From Gemmatimonadales bacterium (GTDB taxonomy: Bacteria > Gemmatimonadota > Gemmatimonadetes > Gemmatimonadales > GWC2-71-9), in contig JBBQFH010000001.1 of assembly GCA_038321865.1 (NCBI GenBank), positions 32,001-96,000 on the forward strand: a stretch of DNA of 64,000 bases, given 5' to 3'. The first letter of the stretch is position 1. Each line of letters opens with the position of its first letter. The position numbers and the translations under genes were made by a program. Of the stretch, positions 39,906 through 51,533 are shown piece after piece. Below the pieces are notes generated by a model. That model saw nothing but the letters and a program-made list of their open reading frames with translations, did not search any database and was not told where the DNA came from.

Positions 39906-41825
39906 TCACTTGTAGCTCCGCTGCGCGAGATGCACGTACTCGAAGTCGAGCGGCTCCTTGCGCAGCACCGCCTCGCGGCCCTCGCCTGCGTATTCCCACC
40001 CCGCCACGTAGGCGAAGTGCTCGTCGTCGCGCAGGGCCTCCCCGTCCCCGGTCTGGTGCTCCACCCGGAAGTGCCCGCCGCACGACTCCTCGCGGTGGAG
40101 GGCGTCACGGCACATCAGCTCCGCCAGCTCGAAGAAGTCTGCGACCCGACCAGCCTTCTCGAGGGCCTGGTTCAGCTCCGCATCGCTGCCGGGCACGTTC
40201 ACGTCGCGCCAGAACTCGTCCCGGAGCACCGGAATCCGCTCCAGCGCCTCCCGGAGGCCCTCAGCCGACCGCGCCATGCCGCAGTGGTCCCACATCAGCT
40301 TGCCGAGCTCGCGGTGAAAGGAATCCACGGTCCGGCTGCCCCGAATCGACAGGAATCGCTGCGTGCGCTCGCGCACCTCGGCCGCGGCACGCTCGAATGC
40401 CGGATGGGTGGTGTCCACCGGGGCCGGGCGTGCCGACGCGAGGTAATCGCCGACGGTGTAGGGCAGGACGAAGTAGCCGTCCGCGAGTCCCTGCATGAGC
40501 GCGCTCGCACCCAGGCGATTGGCGCCATGATCGGAGAAGTTGGCTTCGCCGATCACGTGCAGCCCGGGGATGGTGCTCATCAGGTTGTAGTCCACCCAGA
40601 GTCCGCCCATGGTGTAGTGCACCGCGGGATAGATCCGCATGGGAACCCGGTATGGATTCTCGTCGGTGATCCGCTCGTACATCTCGAAGAGATTGCCGTA
40701 CCGCTCCCGGATGCGTGCCTCGCCCAGGCGCGCGATCGCATCAGCGAAGTCGAGATACACGCCGTAGCCCCCCGGACCGACGCCGTAGCCGTTGTCGCAC
40801 TGCTCCTTGGCCGCGCGGGACGCGACGTCCCGAGGCACGAGGTTGCCGAAGCTCGGATAGCGCCGCTCGAGGTAGTAGTCACGTTCCGCTTCGGGAATCT
40901 GGCCGGGCGGGCGGTCGTCACCCTTCCGCTTCGGGACCCAGACGCGCCCGTCGTTCCGGAGCGACTCGCTCATGAGCGTGAGCTTGGACTGATAGCTGCC
41001 GCTGACCGGAATGCAGGTCGGATGAATCTGGGTGTAGCAGGGGTTGGCGAACGCCGCGCCACGCTTGTGCGCGCGCCAGATCGCGGTGGCGTTGGAGCCC
41101 TTCGCGTTGGTCGAGAGATAGAACACGTTGCCATAGCCGCCGGTGCCGAGCACCACGGCGTCGGCCGCGTGCGACTCGATCGCTCCCGTCACCATGTCGC
41201 GGGTGATGATGCCCCTGGCCTGCCCGTCGATCACGACGACATCCAGCATTTCCGTACGCGGATACATCGTCACGCCGCCGCGGTCGATTTCCTTCTCCAG
41301 CGCCTGGTACGCGCCCAGGAGCAGCTGCTGGCCGGTCTGCCCGCGGGCGTAGAAGGTGCGCGAGACCTGCGCGCCCCCGAACGACCGGTTGGCCAGGAGC
41401 CCGCCGTACTCGCGCGCGAACGGGACGCCCTGCGCGACGCACTGGTCGATGATGTTGACGCTGATCTGAGCCAGCCGGTAGACGTTCGCCTCGCGCGAGC
41501 GGTAGTCCCCGCCCTTCACGGTGTCGTAGAACAGCCGGTAGATGCTGTCGCCGTCGTTCTGATAGTTCTTGGCGGCGTTGATGCCGCCCTGGGCCGCGAT
41601 GGAGTGGGCCCGGCGGGGCGAGTCCTGGAAGCAGAAGCACTTCACGTTGTAGCCCAGCTCGCTCAGCGACGCCGCCGCCGAGCCGCCGGCGAGCCCCGTG
41701 CCGACGACGATGATCGTGTATTTCCGCTTGTTGGCGGGGTTCACCAGCTTCATTTCGAAGCGGTGCCTGTCCCACTTCTGTTCGATCGGCCCATCGGGCA
41801 CACGAGACATCAGGTCCATGCTCAC
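39906..41825 (-). CDS. sdhA: succinate dehydrogenase/fumarate reductase flavoprotein
   Basis: [22 protein letters not shown] (covalent FAD His), [22 protein letters not shown]. Confidence 0.96.
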   Translation of the reverse strand: MSMDLMSRVPDGPIEQKWDRHRFEMKLVNPANKRKYTIIVVGTGLAGGSAAASLSELGYNVKCFCFQDSPRRAHSIAAQGGINAAKNYQNDGDSIYRLFYDTVKGGDYRSREANVYRLAQISVNIIDQCVAQGVPFAREYGGLLANRSFGGAQVSRTFYARGQTGQQLLLGAYQALEKEIDRGGVTMYPRTEMLDVVVIDGQARGIITRDMVTGAIESHAADAVVLGTGGYGNVFYLSTNAKGSNATAIWRAHKRGAAFANPCYTQIHPTCIPVSGSYQSKLTLMSESLRNDGRVWVPKRKGDDRPPGQIPEAERDYYLERRYPSFGNLVPRDVASRAAKEQCDNGYGVGPGGYGVYLDFADAIARLGEARIRERYGNLFEMYERITDENPYRVPMRIYPAVHYTMGGLWVDYNLMSTIPGLHVIGEANFSDHGANRLGASALMQGLADGYFVLPYTVGDYLASARPAPVDTTHPAFERAAAEVRERTQRFLSIRGSRTVDSFHRELGKLMWDHCGMARSAEGLREALERIPVLRDEFWRDVNVPGSDAELNQALEKAGRVADFFELAELMCRDALHREESCGGHFRVEHQTGDGEALRDDEHFAYVAGWEYAGEGREAVLRKEPLDFEYVHLAQRSYK

Positions 41826-42478
41826 CTCACCCAGCCGGCGGCGATCGCGACGGGAACCGCCGTGAATCCCAGCCAGAGCGCCACGCTCAGCATCAGCGCG
41901 ATCCGGCGGTGCAGCGGGTGCGCGGTCGCAGGCGCGACGCCCAGCGTCCGGCTCGAGCTCCAGATCCCGTGATAGAGATGCAGCCCGAGCGCGACCATCG
42001 CCGCGACATACACCGCCGTCACCCAGGGAATGTGAAAGCTCGCGACGGCATTGCCGTAGACGTCGCCCGGCACGAAGATGCCGGCCGGCCGAATATTACC
42101 GGTCGTAAAGTGCAGAATGTGGAAGGGAATGAAGAGGAGCAGGAGCACTCCGCCGACCCGCATCGTGCGCGATGCCAGGGTGGACACCTGCGGCAGGCGC
42201 CGGGCATAGCCGACCGGGCGCGCGGCGCGAGCCCGCATCGTGAGCTGCCACGCCATCAGCACGTGCACCACCACCGCCACGATCAGCAGCAGCCGCTCGG
42301 CCAGCACCACTTCGGCCAGCGGCCCGTGCAGCATGGCCGCATAGTTGTTGATCTTCTCCGCACCCTCGAAGATCTGCAGATTGCCCAGCATGTGCAGAAT
42401 CAGAAACGCGATCCCGATCAGCCCGGAGACGGCCATCAGGAACTTCTTGCCGATCGTGGACCGGTAGAAGCGCAGCAT
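41822..42478 (-). CDS. sdhC: succinate dehydrogenase cytochrome b anchor (single subunit, di-heme type)
   Basis: [13 protein letters not shown], five TM helices with His in LHMLGN, VVHV, FHILH, LHLYHG. Confidence 0.9.
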   Translation of the reverse strand: MLRFYRSTIGKKFLMAVSGLIGIAFLILHMLGNLQIFEGAEKINNYAAMLHGPLAEVVLAERLLLIVAVVVHVLMAWQLTMRARAARPVGYARRLPQVSTLASRTMRVGGVLLLLFIPFHILHFTTGNIRPAGIFVPGDVYGNAVASFHIPWVTAVYVAAMVALGLHLYHGIWSSSRTLGVAPATAHPLHRRIALMLSVALWLGFTAVPVAIAAGWVR

Positions 42479-42480
42479 GC

Positions 42481-43410
42481 TCAGGCGTCGACAGCGGCCT
42501 GCGTCACGCGGACCGCCTCCGCGGACTTGATCAGATCCTCGCGCTCGGTCTCGGTCAGCGTCACCTGAATGATGCTCTCGAGCCCGTTTCGGCCGACCTT
42601 GCACGGCACGCCACAGAAGACGTCCTTCAGGCCGTATTCCCCCTGCAGCCACGCGGAACATGGCAGGACGCGCCGCTTGTCGAGTGCGATCGCCTCCACC
42701 ATCTGCACCGCGGCCGCGCTCGGCGCGTAATAGGCGGAGCCCGTCTTGAGAAAGGCGACGATTTCGGCGCCGCCGTTCCGCGTGCGCGTTACGATGTCGT
42801 CGAGCCGCTTCTGGTCGATCAGCTGGGTGATCGGGATGCCGGACACGGTGGTGTACGAGATGAGCGGCACCATGGTATCGCCGTGGCCGCCGAGGACCAT
42901 CGCCTGGATGTCCTCAACCGATACGTCAGCGGCTTCCGCGAGAAAGGTGCGATAGCGTGCCGTGTCGAGCACCCCGGCCATGCCGAGCACCCGCTCACGC
43001 GGGAATCCGCTGGCCTTCATCGCCACGTAACACATCACGTCGAGCGGGTTCGACACCACGACGATGATCGACTTCGGTGCCACTCTCGCGATCTCCCGGG
43101 CCACCGACCGGACGATCCCGGCATTCGTCCGCACCAGGTCGTCACGGCTCATGCCGGGCTTCCGGGCGATTCCCGCGGTGACCACGAATACCTCGGCGCC
43201 GGCCGCCTCGTCGTAGCTCTGACTGCCGATCACCCGCGTGTCGAACCCCTCAATCGGGCCGGACTGCCACTGGTCGAGTGCCTTGCCCTGGGGAATCCCA
43301 TCCGCCACGTCGATCATCACGACCGTGCGCGCCAGGCTCTTCTCGGCCAGTCGTTGCGCCGCCGTCGCGCCCACGTTCCCCGCACCGACCACCGCCACTT
43401 TGCCCAGCAT
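42481..43410 (-). CDS. mdh: malate dehydrogenase (LDH-like)
   Basis: [33 protein letters not shown]. Confidence 0.96.
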   Translation of the reverse strand: MLGKVAVVGAGNVGATAAQRLAEKSLARTVVMIDVADGIPQGKALDQWQSGPIEGFDTRVIGSQSYDEAAGAEVFVVTAGIARKPGMSRDDLVRTNAGIVRSVAREIARVAPKSIIVVVSNPLDVMCYVAMKASGFPRERVLGMAGVLDTARYRTFLAEAADVSVEDIQAMVLGGHGDTMVPLISYTTVSGIPITQLIDQKRLDDIVTRTRNGGAEIVAFLKTGSAYYAPSAAAVQMVEAIALDKRRVLPCSAWLQGEYGLKDVFCGVPCKVGRNGLESIIQVTLTETEREDLIKSAEAVRVTQAAVDA

Positions 43411-43509
43411 CGAAGTCCGCTCTCGCGTTCAGGTGAATGCCGCCGTTTCGATCAGCAGGTGCCTCTGCGTGATACACGCGAGACGGCGAAAGGTACCGGC
43501 TGAGGTACC

Positions 43510-43983
43510 CTAATCCAAGCCGGCTGCCGCGGCGCCACCCGTCTGTCGAAGCCCTTCGTACAGCACGATTCCGACGGCAGTTGCCAGATTCAGGCTGCGC
43601 AACCCGCGTTGCATGGGGATGCGAAAGCATTGCTCGGGATGCTTCTCGAGAATCCGGGCCGGCATCCCTTCCGTTTCGTTGCCGAATACCAGACAGCTGT
43701 TGCCCCGAAACGGCGCCTCCCAGAACGATCTCGAGGCGTTCGCCGAGAAGTAGAGGCAGCGCTCCCGCGCCACCGCATCCCGGAAGGCGAACCAGTCGGC
43801 ATGCGGCCACAGGTCGACGTGGGGCCAGTAATCCAGCCCCGCCCTGCGAACGTCGGCATCGTCGATGGAGAAGCCGAGGGGGGCGATCAGGTGCAGCGGC
43901 GAGGCGGTCGCCGCGCAGAGCCGGGCGATGTTGCCGGTGTTGGGCGGAATCTGCGGCTGGATCAAGGCCACGTTCAAGGCCAT
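43510..43983 (-). CDS. trmL: tRNA (cytidine/uridine-34-2'-O)-methyltransferase
   Basis: PQIPPNTGNIARLC, RRAGLDYW, FGNETEG, RSLNLA. Confidence 0.93.
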   Translation of the reverse strand: MALNVALIQPQIPPNTGNIARLCAATASPLHLIAPLGFSIDDADVRRAGLDYWPHVDLWPHADWFAFRDAVARERCLYFSANASRSFWEAPFRGNSCLVFGNETEGMPARILEKHPEQCFRIPMQRGLRSLNLATAVGIVLYEGLRQTGGAAAAGLD

Positions 43984-45011
43984 CAGCCCCCCCGCGTGTG
44001 CATTTCACGCCGCGGGTCTGCCCGAAGCCCCTCGACACCATACAGGGCGCCTCGCTCGCCGAGTGCGGCGCGGGCCTCAGCGCCTCGATCGGTCCGCTCA
44101 CGCCACGTCTTCCCGATCAGCACCGCCAGCTCAGCGTCCGATGCCCCGTCGCGCAGCGGGCCCCGCAGATCGACTCCCCGCTCCGCGTACAGGCACAGGA
44201 GCCAGCTGCCGTCCGCCGTCAGACGGCTCCGATCGCAATTCCGACAGAAGGGCGCCGTCGTGGACGCGATGATCCCGAACGTGCTGCCGTCAGTCAGCTC
44301 GAAGCGGTCGGCAGGGGCGCGGGATCCCGGATCGCTGAGGGGTCGGGGTGCACCGAGCCGCTCGCTGACGGCGGCGAGGATTTCACGCCGAGGCACCACC
44401 TGGTCCATACTCCACCGGGTCGCCCCGCCGACGTCCATGTACTCGATGAAGCGCAGCTCGGCCCGGTGCGCCCGGGCAAATTCGAGCAGCTCCACCACCT
44501 CATCGTCATTGAAGCCGCGGATCAGCACCGTGTTGAGCTTGATCGATTCGAAGCCCGCCGCGCCCGCGGCCTCGATCCCGGCGAGCACGTCGGCGTGACG
44601 TGCGTTTCGGGCGAAGGCCAGACTCCGATCGGCACGCAGCGTGTCCAGGCTGATGGTGACACGCTTCAGCCCCGCGGCGCGAAGCGCCGAGGCGTGCTCA
44701 CCGAGCAGGATGCCGTTGGTGGTGAGGGCGAGATCCGCAATGCGGGCATCCGCGGCGAGCCGGGCGACCAGCCGCGGCAATTCGTGCCGCAGCAGCGGCT
44801 CCCCACCGGTGAGCCGCACCTTGTGCGCGCCGAGGCCGGCGAAGACTCCGGCGAGCCGGGCAATCTCCTCAAACGTGAGCAGCGATTCCCGCGGGAGCCA
44901 GGTGTACTCGCGCTCAGGCATGCAGTACCCGCAGCGCATGTTGCACCGGTCGGTGACCGATATCCGGAGGCTCCCCAGCGGGCGGTCCAGGCGATCGCGC
45001 ACCGCGGTCAC
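43983..45011 (-). CDS. moaA: GTP 3',8-cyclase
   Basis: LRISVTDRCNMRCGYC, TGGEPL, FCRNC...CL second cluster, C-terminal GG; GTG start at 45011. Confidence 0.96.
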   Translation of the reverse strand: MTAVRDRLDRPLGSLRISVTDRCNMRCGYCMPEREYTWLPRESLLTFEEIARLAGVFAGLGAHKVRLTGGEPLLRHELPRLVARLAADARIADLALTTNGILLGEHASALRAAGLKRVTISLDTLRADRSLAFARNARHADVLAGIEAAGAAGFESIKLNTVLIRGFNDDEVVELLEFARAHRAELRFIEYMDVGGATRWSMDQVVPRREILAAVSERLGAPRPLSDPGSRAPADRFELTDGSTFGIIASTTAPFCRNCDRSRLTADGSWLLCLYAERGVDLRGPLRDGASDAELAVLIGKTWRERTDRGAEARAALGERGALYGVEGLRADPRREMHTRGG

Positions 45012-45454
45012 TCCGCGCTCGCCGCGGTCGGTACCGTGCCGCCCGCCGTCGTCGGGTCGACCCATGCCTCGGAGCCGTCCTCGTAGCGCTCCCGCTTCCA
45101 CACCGGCACGCGCACCTTCACCGCTTCGATGACGTAGCGGCACGCCTCGAAGGCCGCTTCGCGATGCGCAGCTGTCGCCACGACGGCCACCGCTACGTCG
45201 CCTATCTCCAGCGACCCCAGCCGATGCGTCAGCCCGACGCTCGCGGGCCAACGGGCTTCGGCCTCGGCCACGATTCGTGCGCATTCCTCCTCAGCCATCG
45301 GCTCATAGGCCGAATATGCAAGTCCCGTTACGCGGCGCCCGCCATGATGATCGCGGACCAGACCCACGAATGTGACGCTGGCGCCACGCTCAGCCGACTG
45401 GAGGCCGCTTCCGAGCGTCGCGGCATCGATCGCACTGTGGGACAGATGGGCCAT
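45008..45454 (-). CDS. moaE: molybdopterin synthase catalytic subunit
   Basis: FVGLVRDH, HRLG, AHREAAF, PVWKRE. Confidence 0.95.
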   Translation of the reverse strand: MAHLSHSAIDAATLGSGLQSAERGASVTFVGLVRDHHGGRRVTGLAYSAYEPMAEEECARIVAEAEARWPASVGLTHRLGSLEIGDVAVAVVATAAHREAAFEACRYVIEAVKVRVPVWKRERYEDGSEAWVDPTTAGGTVPTAASAE

Positions 45455-45455
45455 C

Positions 45456-45722
45456 TCAGCCGCCCGCGAGTGGCGGCAGCACCGCAATCTCGTCATGCGA
45501 ACCGAGGCGGGTGGCCGCGGACGCCTGCCGGAGATTCACCGCGCAGAGCGGATGCGGGGGCAGCAGGTGCCCATTCCGGCGGGATCGCAGCGCGGCGACC
45601 ACGCTGGCCACCGTCGCCGGCTCAGCCAGGATGAGCTCCAGCGCGTCGGTGCCAAGGATCTCGGCATAGCGCGCGAAGAGCAGTACGCGAACTCGGATGG
45701 TGGGTGGTGATGATACGGTCAT
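45456..45722 (-). CDS. moaD: molybdopterin synthase sulfur carrier
   Basis: VLLFARYAE, AVN, DEIAVLPPLAGG C-terminus. Confidence 0.93.
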   Translation of the reverse strand: MTVSSPPTIRVRVLLFARYAEILGTDALELILAEPATVASVVAALRSRRNGHLLPPHPLCAVNLRQASAATRLGSHDEIAVLPPLAGG

Positions 45723-45731
45723 GGATGGCCT

Positions 45732-45768
45732 GGAAAACGGAACGGGGCCGCATGGCGTTGCGGCCCCG
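45732..45768 (-). terminator. intrinsic terminator after the HU/IHF gene
   Basis: Perfect 10-bp stem CGGGGCCGCA/TGCGGCCCCG with a 6-nt loop, followed on the minus strand by TTCCGTTTTCC. Confidence 0.7.
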
Positions 45769-45790
45769 CCGGAGAACGGCAAGCGCCGCC

Positions 45791-46135
45791 TCAGTGCCCC
45801 GACGCGGCTTCCGACTGCGGATGCTCCGCGGACGGCTCGACCTCGTCAGCCACGAGCGCCCGCAACTCCTTGCTGGGCTTGAACACCGGAACCGGCCGGG
45901 CAGCTACCTCCACCGGATCGCCGGTGCGCGGATTGCGCGCCATGCGGGTCTTGCGCCGCCGGATCTTGAAGGTCCCGAAGCCGCGTACCTCGATGTTGTG
46001 CTGCTCCTTCAGTGCATCCTTCACCGCGTCGAGGAACGCGTCCACCACGCGGGCGCAGTCCTTCTTCGAAATCATGGGCCCCGATGTGCGGGCTATGGAC
46101 GCAGTTACCTGTTCGACGAGATCGGCTTTGGTCAT
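45791..46135 (-). CDS. HU/IHF-family nucleoid protein
   Basis: MTKADLV, IEVRGFGTF, ARNPRTG, PVFKPSKEL. Confidence 0.95.
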   Translation of the reverse strand: MTKADLVEQVTASIARTSGPMISKKDCARVVDAFLDAVKDALKEQHNIEVRGFGTFKIRRRKTRMARNPRTGDPVEVAARPVPVFKPSKELRALVADEVEPSAEHPQSEAASGH

Positions 46136-46188
46136 GCATCCCCCAGGAGGGTCACATTGAGGCACCCGAGACGGTGTCCTGCAGGCCG

Positions 46189-46217
46189 ATAGTACGAGCT
46201 TACCCCTTGAGTGTCAA
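46189..46217 (-). promoter_or_regulatory. near-consensus sigma70 promoter for the HU/IHF gene
   Basis: TTGACA (46212-46217), 17-nt spacer, TACTAT (46189-46194); the -35 overlaps the carA TGA stop. Confidence 0.8.
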
Positions 46218-47332
46218 GGGCTTGGGTGCGCCGGACTCCCGGCACGCGCGGTGACCGATCGCAGAAACTCGGCGAAATGCGGATAGGCGTCGTGCGGACC
46301 GGGGGCGGCCTCGGGATGATATTGCACGGAGAACAGGGGCAGCCGGCGGTGCCGAAGACCTTCCACGCTGCCATCATTGAGGTTGAGATGCGTCACCTCA
46401 AGGTCCGGTGCACCCGGGATGCCCTGCTCATCCCCCACGACGGCGAAACCGTGATTCTGGGTGGTGATGAGCACGTGTCCGCTTCGCAGGTCACGAACCG
46501 GGTGGTTTCCGCCGCGATGCCCGTAGGCCATCTTCGCGGTCCTGCCGCCATAGGCAAGCCCTATCAGCTGATGGCCCAGACAGATGCCAAATGTCGGGAG
46601 GCCGGAGCCGGCCAGGTCGAGGATGGTCGGAAGGGCGTAAGTGACCGCCGCCGGATCTCCGGGGCCGTTGGACAGAAACAGTCCATCGGGCGCCAGGCTC
46701 CGCACGGCGGAAGCGGGCGTCTCCGCGGGTACGACGGTCACCCGGCAACCGGACGCGACGAGCATCGTGATGATGTTGCGCTTGATGCCGTAGTCGAATG
46801 CCACGACGTGGGGCCCGGAACCTTCAGTGTGCGCCTCGGCGATCGAAGCGCGGGACGCAAGGTCGAGCCCCTCCATCGACGGTGAGGCGGCGAGCCGGGC
46901 GGTCAGATCTGAATCGGGCTGGAAGCCTTCCGCGATGACACCCCGCATCGAGCCGCGCTCGCGGAGATGCCTCGTGAGGCGGCGGGTGTCGACCCCCTCG
47001 ATGACGGGCACCGAGGCGCTTTCGAGCCATTCATCCAGCCCCATGGTCGATTGCCAGTTGGACGCGTGCCGCACCAGCTCGCGAACGACGACACCGCTGA
47101 CCTGTGGCTGGGCCGACTCCATGTCCCCCGGGTTCACGCCGTAATTCCCGATCATGGGCGCGGTCATCACCACGATCTGGCCGAGATAGCTCGGATCGGT
47201 GAAGGTCTCCTGATAGCCGGTGAGGTTCGTCGTGAAGACCACCTCACCGAACCCCGGCGCAAGCGGGCGGCGCGTGGTGCCCGCGTACCATGTGCCGTCC
47301 TCCAGCAACACGAAAGCGGGGTGATCCGTCAT
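46214..47332 (-). CDS. carA: carbamoyl-phosphate synthase small subunit
   Basis: GEVVFTT...[34 protein letters not shown] at 47332. Confidence 0.96.
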   Translation of the reverse strand: MTDHPAFVLLEDGTWYAGTTRRPLAPGFGEVVFTTNLTGYQETFTDPSYLGQIVVMTAPMIGNYGVNPGDMESAQPQVSGVVVRELVRHASNWQSTMGLDEWLESASVPVIEGVDTRRLTRHLRERGSMRGVIAEGFQPDSDLTARLAASPSMEGLDLASRASIAEAHTEGSGPHVVAFDYGIKRNIITMLVASGCRVTVVPAETPASAVRSLAPDGLFLSNGPGDPAAVTYALPTILDLAGSGLPTFGICLGHQLIGLAYGGRTAKMAYGHRGGNHPVRDLRSGHVLITTQNHGFAVVGDEQGIPGAPDLEVTHLNLNDGSVEGLRHRRLPLFSVQYHPEAAPGPHDAYPHFAEFLRSVTARAGSPAHPSP

Positions 47333-47360
47333 CCGGTCACCCCGCCACGATTGACTGGCC

Positions 47361-47783
47361 TCACTGCGCCGGCTTCGATTGCGGTGCCGGGGTCGGCGGT
47401 GTCTTCGCCGTCGTCGCCGCTCCACCGGTTCCAGCCGGAGCCGTCGCGGCTGGGGCCGGACTGGCCGGGGCGGTCGTGATCGGCAGCGGTGACGTGGTCG
47501 ATGCCGGCGCCGGCAGATTCCGGAGGCGTTGCTGGAGATCGCTCGTCGCGGCCGCGCGGCCGGATGACATCAGCGAGAGGAACAGCGAGAGAACGAGAAA
47601 GGCCCCGCCGCACCACCAGCTCATCCGCGTCAGCAGCGTGACCGATTGCCGGCTGCCGAGCACGCTGTCGGTCGACGTGCCGCCCAGCGAGGCCAGACCG
47701 CCGCCTTGACCGGCCTGCAGCAGGACCACGGTCGCCAGCAGCACGGCATCGAGGATGAGGAGGGTCAGAATCAGGTAGTACAT
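47361..47783 (-). CDS. secG: preprotein translocase subunit SecG
   Basis: [16 protein letters not shown], two TM helices, follows tpiA; Pro/Ala/Thr-rich tail. Confidence 0.92.
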   Translation of the reverse strand: MYYLILTLLILDAVLLATVVLLQAGQGGGLASLGGTSTDSVLGSRQSVTLLTRMSWWCGGAFLVLSLFLSLMSSGRAAATSDLQQRLRNLPAPASTTSPLPITTAPASPAPAATAPAGTGGAATTAKTPPTPAPQSKPAQ

Positions 47784-47810
47784 ATCGGCCTATCTCCGGG
47801 GCAAGTCGCA

Positions 47811-47839
47811 AGTTTAGCCGGGCCGACACCCGGAATCAA
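47811..47839 (-). promoter_or_regulatory. sigma70-type promoter for secG-carA
   Basis: TTGATT (47834-47839), 17-nt spacer, TAAACT (47811-47816); the -35 overlaps the tpiA TGA stop. Confidence 0.6.
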
Positions 47840-48585
47840 CCGCCCAGCTGAATCAGCGCGGCCCATCCATCGGCATCGAGGCTGGCCCCGCCCACAAGCA
47901 CGCCGTCAAGCTCCTCTTCCGCCAGCAGCGCCTGCACGTTGCCAGCATTGACGCTGCCGCCATACAGGACGGGTATCCTGCCGGTGACACCGACCGCCGC
48001 GAGCTCGTCCCGAATGATCCGGTGGACGGCAGCCGCATCGGCCGGTGTGGCGTTCTTTCCCGTGCCGATGGCCCAGACCGGCTCGTATGCGATCATGAGT
48101 CGCGCGAGCTGCTGGCCCGGCTGACCGGCGAGCGCCGCGCGCAGCTGCCGCCGCACGACGGTCTCCGTCGCGCCCGCCTCACGTTCGTGCAGCAACTCGC
48201 CCACGCACAGCATCGGCGCCAGGTCGGACGCGAGCAGCGCGGCGACCTTGAGCCGCGTCTCCGCGTCGGTCTCCCCGAAGACGTGGCGCCGTTCGGAGTG
48301 ACCGACGAGCGCGCCCCGCGCGCCGCTCTCCCGGGCCAGCGCCACCGACGTCTCCCCGGTGAAGGCGCCCTTCGGCTCCCAGTACACGTTCTGGGCTCCG
48401 ACCTGCACGCCATCGTACTCGCTGAGCGCCTCCGCGGTGGCCGCAAGCGAAACGGCCGGCGGATAGAACCACAGCTCGCGCGCCGGCGCCGTCCGGGTGA
48501 GGCTCCTGAACCGGCGCACAAACTCGCGGGCCGCCTCCGGCCCGTGATTCATCTTCCAGTTCGCGGCGTAGATGAGGCGCCGCAT
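47836..48585 (-). CDS. tpiA: triosephosphate isomerase
   Basis: ANWKMN, GHSERRH, AYEPVWAIGTG, LYGGSV, LVGGASL. Confidence 0.98.
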   Translation of the reverse strand: MRRLIYAANWKMNHGPEAAREFVRRFRSLTRTAPARELWFYPPAVSLAATAEALSEYDGVQVGAQNVYWEPKGAFTGETSVALARESGARGALVGHSERRHVFGETDAETRLKVAALLASDLAPMLCVGELLHEREAGATETVVRRQLRAALAGQPGQQLARLMIAYEPVWAIGTGKNATPADAAAVHRIIRDELAAVGVTGRIPVLYGGSVNAGNVQALLAEEELDGVLVGGASLDADGWAALIQLGG

Positions 48586-49775
48586 CAGGCGTCGTCCAGC
48601 GCGGCCACGCCCGGCAGGATCTTGCCCTCCAGGAACTCGAGCGACGCGCCGCCACCAGTCGAGACATGGGACATCTTGTCGGCCAGTCCGGCCTTGGCGA
48701 CCGCCGCGGCCGAATCACCCCCACCGACGATCGTGACGGCGCCGCGCGCGGACGCATGCGCCATCGCATGGGCGATGTGCATCGTTCCCTGGTCGAACGG
48801 CGGTGTTTCGAACACGCCCATCGGCCCGTTCCAGACGACGGTGCCCGCCGCTTCGATCCGCGTCGCAAAGTCCTCGGCGCTGAGGCGGTCCACGTCGTAC
48901 ATCGCCCACCCAGGCGGAATCGCATCCCGCTTCACCGAACGCGTCTCCGCCCCCGCGTCGAGGCGCTGGGCGACCACCGCGCCGGACGGGAGCACGATCT
49001 TCCGCCCGCCCTTGGCGAGCAACGCGCTGGCCATGCCGACTCGATCCTCCTCGACCAGCGACGTTCCGGTCTCCAGCCCCATCGCCCGGAAAAAGGTGCA
49101 CGCCATGGCGCCGCCGATCAGGATTTCCTCGACCTTGGGCAGCAGCGCCTCGATGAGGTCGATCTTGCCGGAGATCTTCGCGCCTCCCAGCACCGCGACG
49201 AACGGCCGCTTCGGATGGTCGAGTGCCGACCCGAGGTACTTGAGCTCCTGCTCCATCAGGAATCCCGAGACCGCCGGCTTGAGCAGGTGGGCCACGCCCT
49301 CGGTGCTCGCGTGCGCGCGGTGGGCCGACCCGAACGCGTCGTTCACGTACAGGTCACCGAGTGCGGCGAAGATCGCCGCAAGCCCCGGGTCGTTGCGCTC
49401 TTCGCCCGGCTGGAACCGGGTGTTCTCGACGATCGCGATGCCTCCACGGGCCAGCCCCCTGGTCTGCGCCACCGCCGAGCCGGCGGTCGGATCCTCGATG
49501 AACGTGACCGGCGCGCCCAGCAGCGTTTCGAGGGCCCGTGCGACCGGCCGCAGCGAGTACTTCGGATCCAGGGCGCCCTTGGGGCGGCCCAGGTGGGAGA
49601 GGAGGATCACGCGGGCTCCGCGGTCACGGAGGTACCGGATCGTGGGAAGTGCGGCGCGGATCCGCGTGTCGTCGGCGACCACGCCGTCCTGCAGCGGCAC
49701 GTTGAAGTCCACGCGCACCAGCGCGCGGCGCCCCTCGAGCCCCCCGCGGTCCAGCCAGGTGAGCGTGCGCTTCAC
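48585..49775 (-). CDS. pgk: phosphoglycerate kinase
   Basis: [42 protein letters not shown]. Confidence 0.98.
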   Translation of the reverse strand: MKRTLTWLDRGGLEGRRALVRVDFNVPLQDGVVADDTRIRAALPTIRYLRDRGARVILLSHLGRPKGALDPKYSLRPVARALETLLGAPVTFIEDPTAGSAVAQTRGLARGGIAIVENTRFQPGEERNDPGLAAIFAALGDLYVNDAFGSAHRAHASTEGVAHLLKPAVSGFLMEQELKYLGSALDHPKRPFVAVLGGAKISGKIDLIEALLPKVEEILIGGAMACTFFRAMGLETGTSLVEEDRVGMASALLAKGGRKIVLPSGAVVAQRLDAGAETRSVKRDAIPPGWAMYDVDRLSAEDFATRIEAAGTVVWNGPMGVFETPPFDQGTMHIAHAMAHASARGAVTIVGGGDSAAAVAKAGLADKMSHVSTGGGASLEFLEGKILPGVAALDDA

Positions 49776-50782
49776 GAACGCGGCCCGATGTAACGCATCA
49801 GGTCGACGCAGCGCGCCGAATATCCCATCTCGTTGTCGTACCAGGACGTCACGTTAACCATCGTGCCGTCCACCACGTTGGTCGAGAGCGAATCCACCGT
49901 GCTGGACATCAGATTGCCGACGTAGTCGATCGAGACCAGCGGCTCGTCGCTCACGGCGAGCACGCCCTTGAGCGTGCCGGCGGCGGCGCTCCGGAACGCG
50001 GCGTTCACCTCTTCGGCCGACGTGCCCTTCCTGACCTCGGCGCTGAGCGCGACGGTCGACACGTCCGGGGTCGGGACGCGGAGCGAGACCCCATCGATCT
50101 TGCCCTTCACCTCGGGAATCACCAGGCCGGTAGCCTTGGCGGCGCCGGTGGATGTCGGAATGATCGACATGGCGGCCGCGCGCGCCCGGCGGAGATCCTT
50201 GTGCGGCAGGTCGAGAATCTGCTGATCGTTGGTGTAGGAATGGACGGTCGTCATGAACCCGTGCACGAAACCGAAGGTATCCAGGATTACCCGAACCATC
50301 GGCACCAGGCAGTTGGTGGTGCAGCTGGCGTTCGAAATGATGTGGTGCGCCGCCGGATCGTATCTGTCGTGATTCACGCCATAGACGATCGTGATGTCAT
50401 CGTTCTTGGCCGGCGCCGAAATGATGACCCTGCGCGCTCCGGCCTGCAGATGGAGCGCCGCCTTGTCGCGATCGGTGAAGTGGCCGGTGGACTCAAGCAC
50501 GATGTCCACGCCAAGCTCCTTCCACGGAAGTTTGGCCGGATCCCGCTCGCTCAGCACCTTCATTTCGTCGCCGTTGACGACGATCGAATCGCCCCGGGTT
50601 TCGATCGTCCCGTCAAAGCGGCCATGGACCGAGTCGTACTTGAGCAGGTGGGCGAGGGTCTTCGTGTCGGTGAGGTCGTTGACCGCGACGACGTCGAAGT
50701 CCGTCACGCCCATCGCATTCGCGGCGCGAACGACATTGCGGCCGATACGACCGAATCCGTTGATCCCGATCTTGATTGCCAT
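49772..50782 (-). CDS. gap: glyceraldehyde-3-phosphate dehydrogenase (type I)
   Basis: [24 protein letters not shown]. Confidence 0.98.
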   Translation of the reverse strand: MAIKIGINGFGRIGRNVVRAANAMGVTDFDVVAVNDLTDTKTLAHLLKYDSVHGRFDGTIETRGDSIVVNGDEMKVLSERDPAKLPWKELGVDIVLESTGHFTDRDKAALHLQAGARRVIISAPAKNDDITIVYGVNHDRYDPAAHHIISNASCTTNCLVPMVRVILDTFGFVHGFMTTVHSYTNDQQILDLPHKDLRRARAAAMSIIPTSTGAAKATGLVIPEVKGKIDGVSLRVPTPDVSTVALSAEVRKGTSAEEVNAAFRSAAAGTLKGVLAVSDEPLVSIDYVGNLMSSTVDSLSTNVVDGTMVNVTSWYDNEMGYSARCVDLMRYIGPRS

Positions 50783-50807
50783 CTCGTCCCCGATGTGCGA
50801 GAAAGAA

Positions 50808-51533
50808 CTATCCTACCGTCTGATGCGCCCGGGCGAAGGTGACCCCCTGGACCTCCGCCGCCCCCGCCGCGAGCAGGGCGGTCGCCGCCTCCGCCAGGGT
50901 CGCGCCCGTGGTGAATACGTCGTCCACGAGCACCACCCGCCGGCCGGCGGCACCTGCCGATGCCGCAAAGGCGCCGGCGACGTTGGCCTGACGCTCTTCG
51001 GGTGTGAGCGCGGTCTGGGTCGGCGTTTCCCGCCGGCGTGACAGGAGCCCCGGCCGTACCGCTCCCCCCGTTCGGGCCGACAGAGCCGCCGCCAGCGCAC
51101 CACTCTGGTTGTACCCCCGCCGGCGCAGGCGGCGCGCGCCGAGCGGAATTGGAATCAGATCGGGTCGTCCGGTCAATGGCGCGAGGCCGCGCATCGCTTC
51201 CGCCATCGCTTCGGCGGCCCGCCACCAGCCGTCGTATTTGAGATGATGGACGGCGCGACGCGCCGACCCGTCGAGCCAGACGGCGCTTCGCGCCGTGGAG
51301 AATCCGGGAGGCCATCCCCCACACAGGCGGCAGGCGAGCCCGAGATACACCGGATCGCCGCAGCGCCGGCAGAAGGGCGGAGCCACCGGCTGCCAGCGTG
51401 ACCGGCAGATGCCGCAGATGAGCGCGTTGTGCTCGATGATGGCGATCGCCTCGTGGCACAGCAGGCATTCGGCCGGGAGCAGCACCCGCTCGATCCGGCG
51501 TGCCAGCACCGCGAGCTCATCCCAGTTCGGCAT
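50808..51533 (-). CDS. comF: ComF-family double zinc ribbon plus phosphoribosyltransferase protein
   Basis: [36 protein letters not shown] at 51533. Confidence 0.88.
   Translation of the reverse strand: MPNWDELAVLARRIERVLLPAECLLCHEAIAIIEHNALICGICRSRWQPVAPPFCRRCGDPVYLGLACRLCGGWPPGFSTARSAVWLDGSARRAVHHLKYDGWWRAAEAMAEAMRGLAPLTGRPDLIPIPLGARRLRRRGYNQSGALAAALSARTGGAVRPGLLSRRRETPTQTALTPEERQANVAGAFAASAGAAGRRVVLVDDVFTTGATLAEAATALLAAGAAEVQGVTFARAHQTVG

Noticed and set aside
47333..47360. tRNA-Leu often found after secG
   Set aside because: Only 28 nt separate secG and carA; no cloverleaf or T-loop motif.
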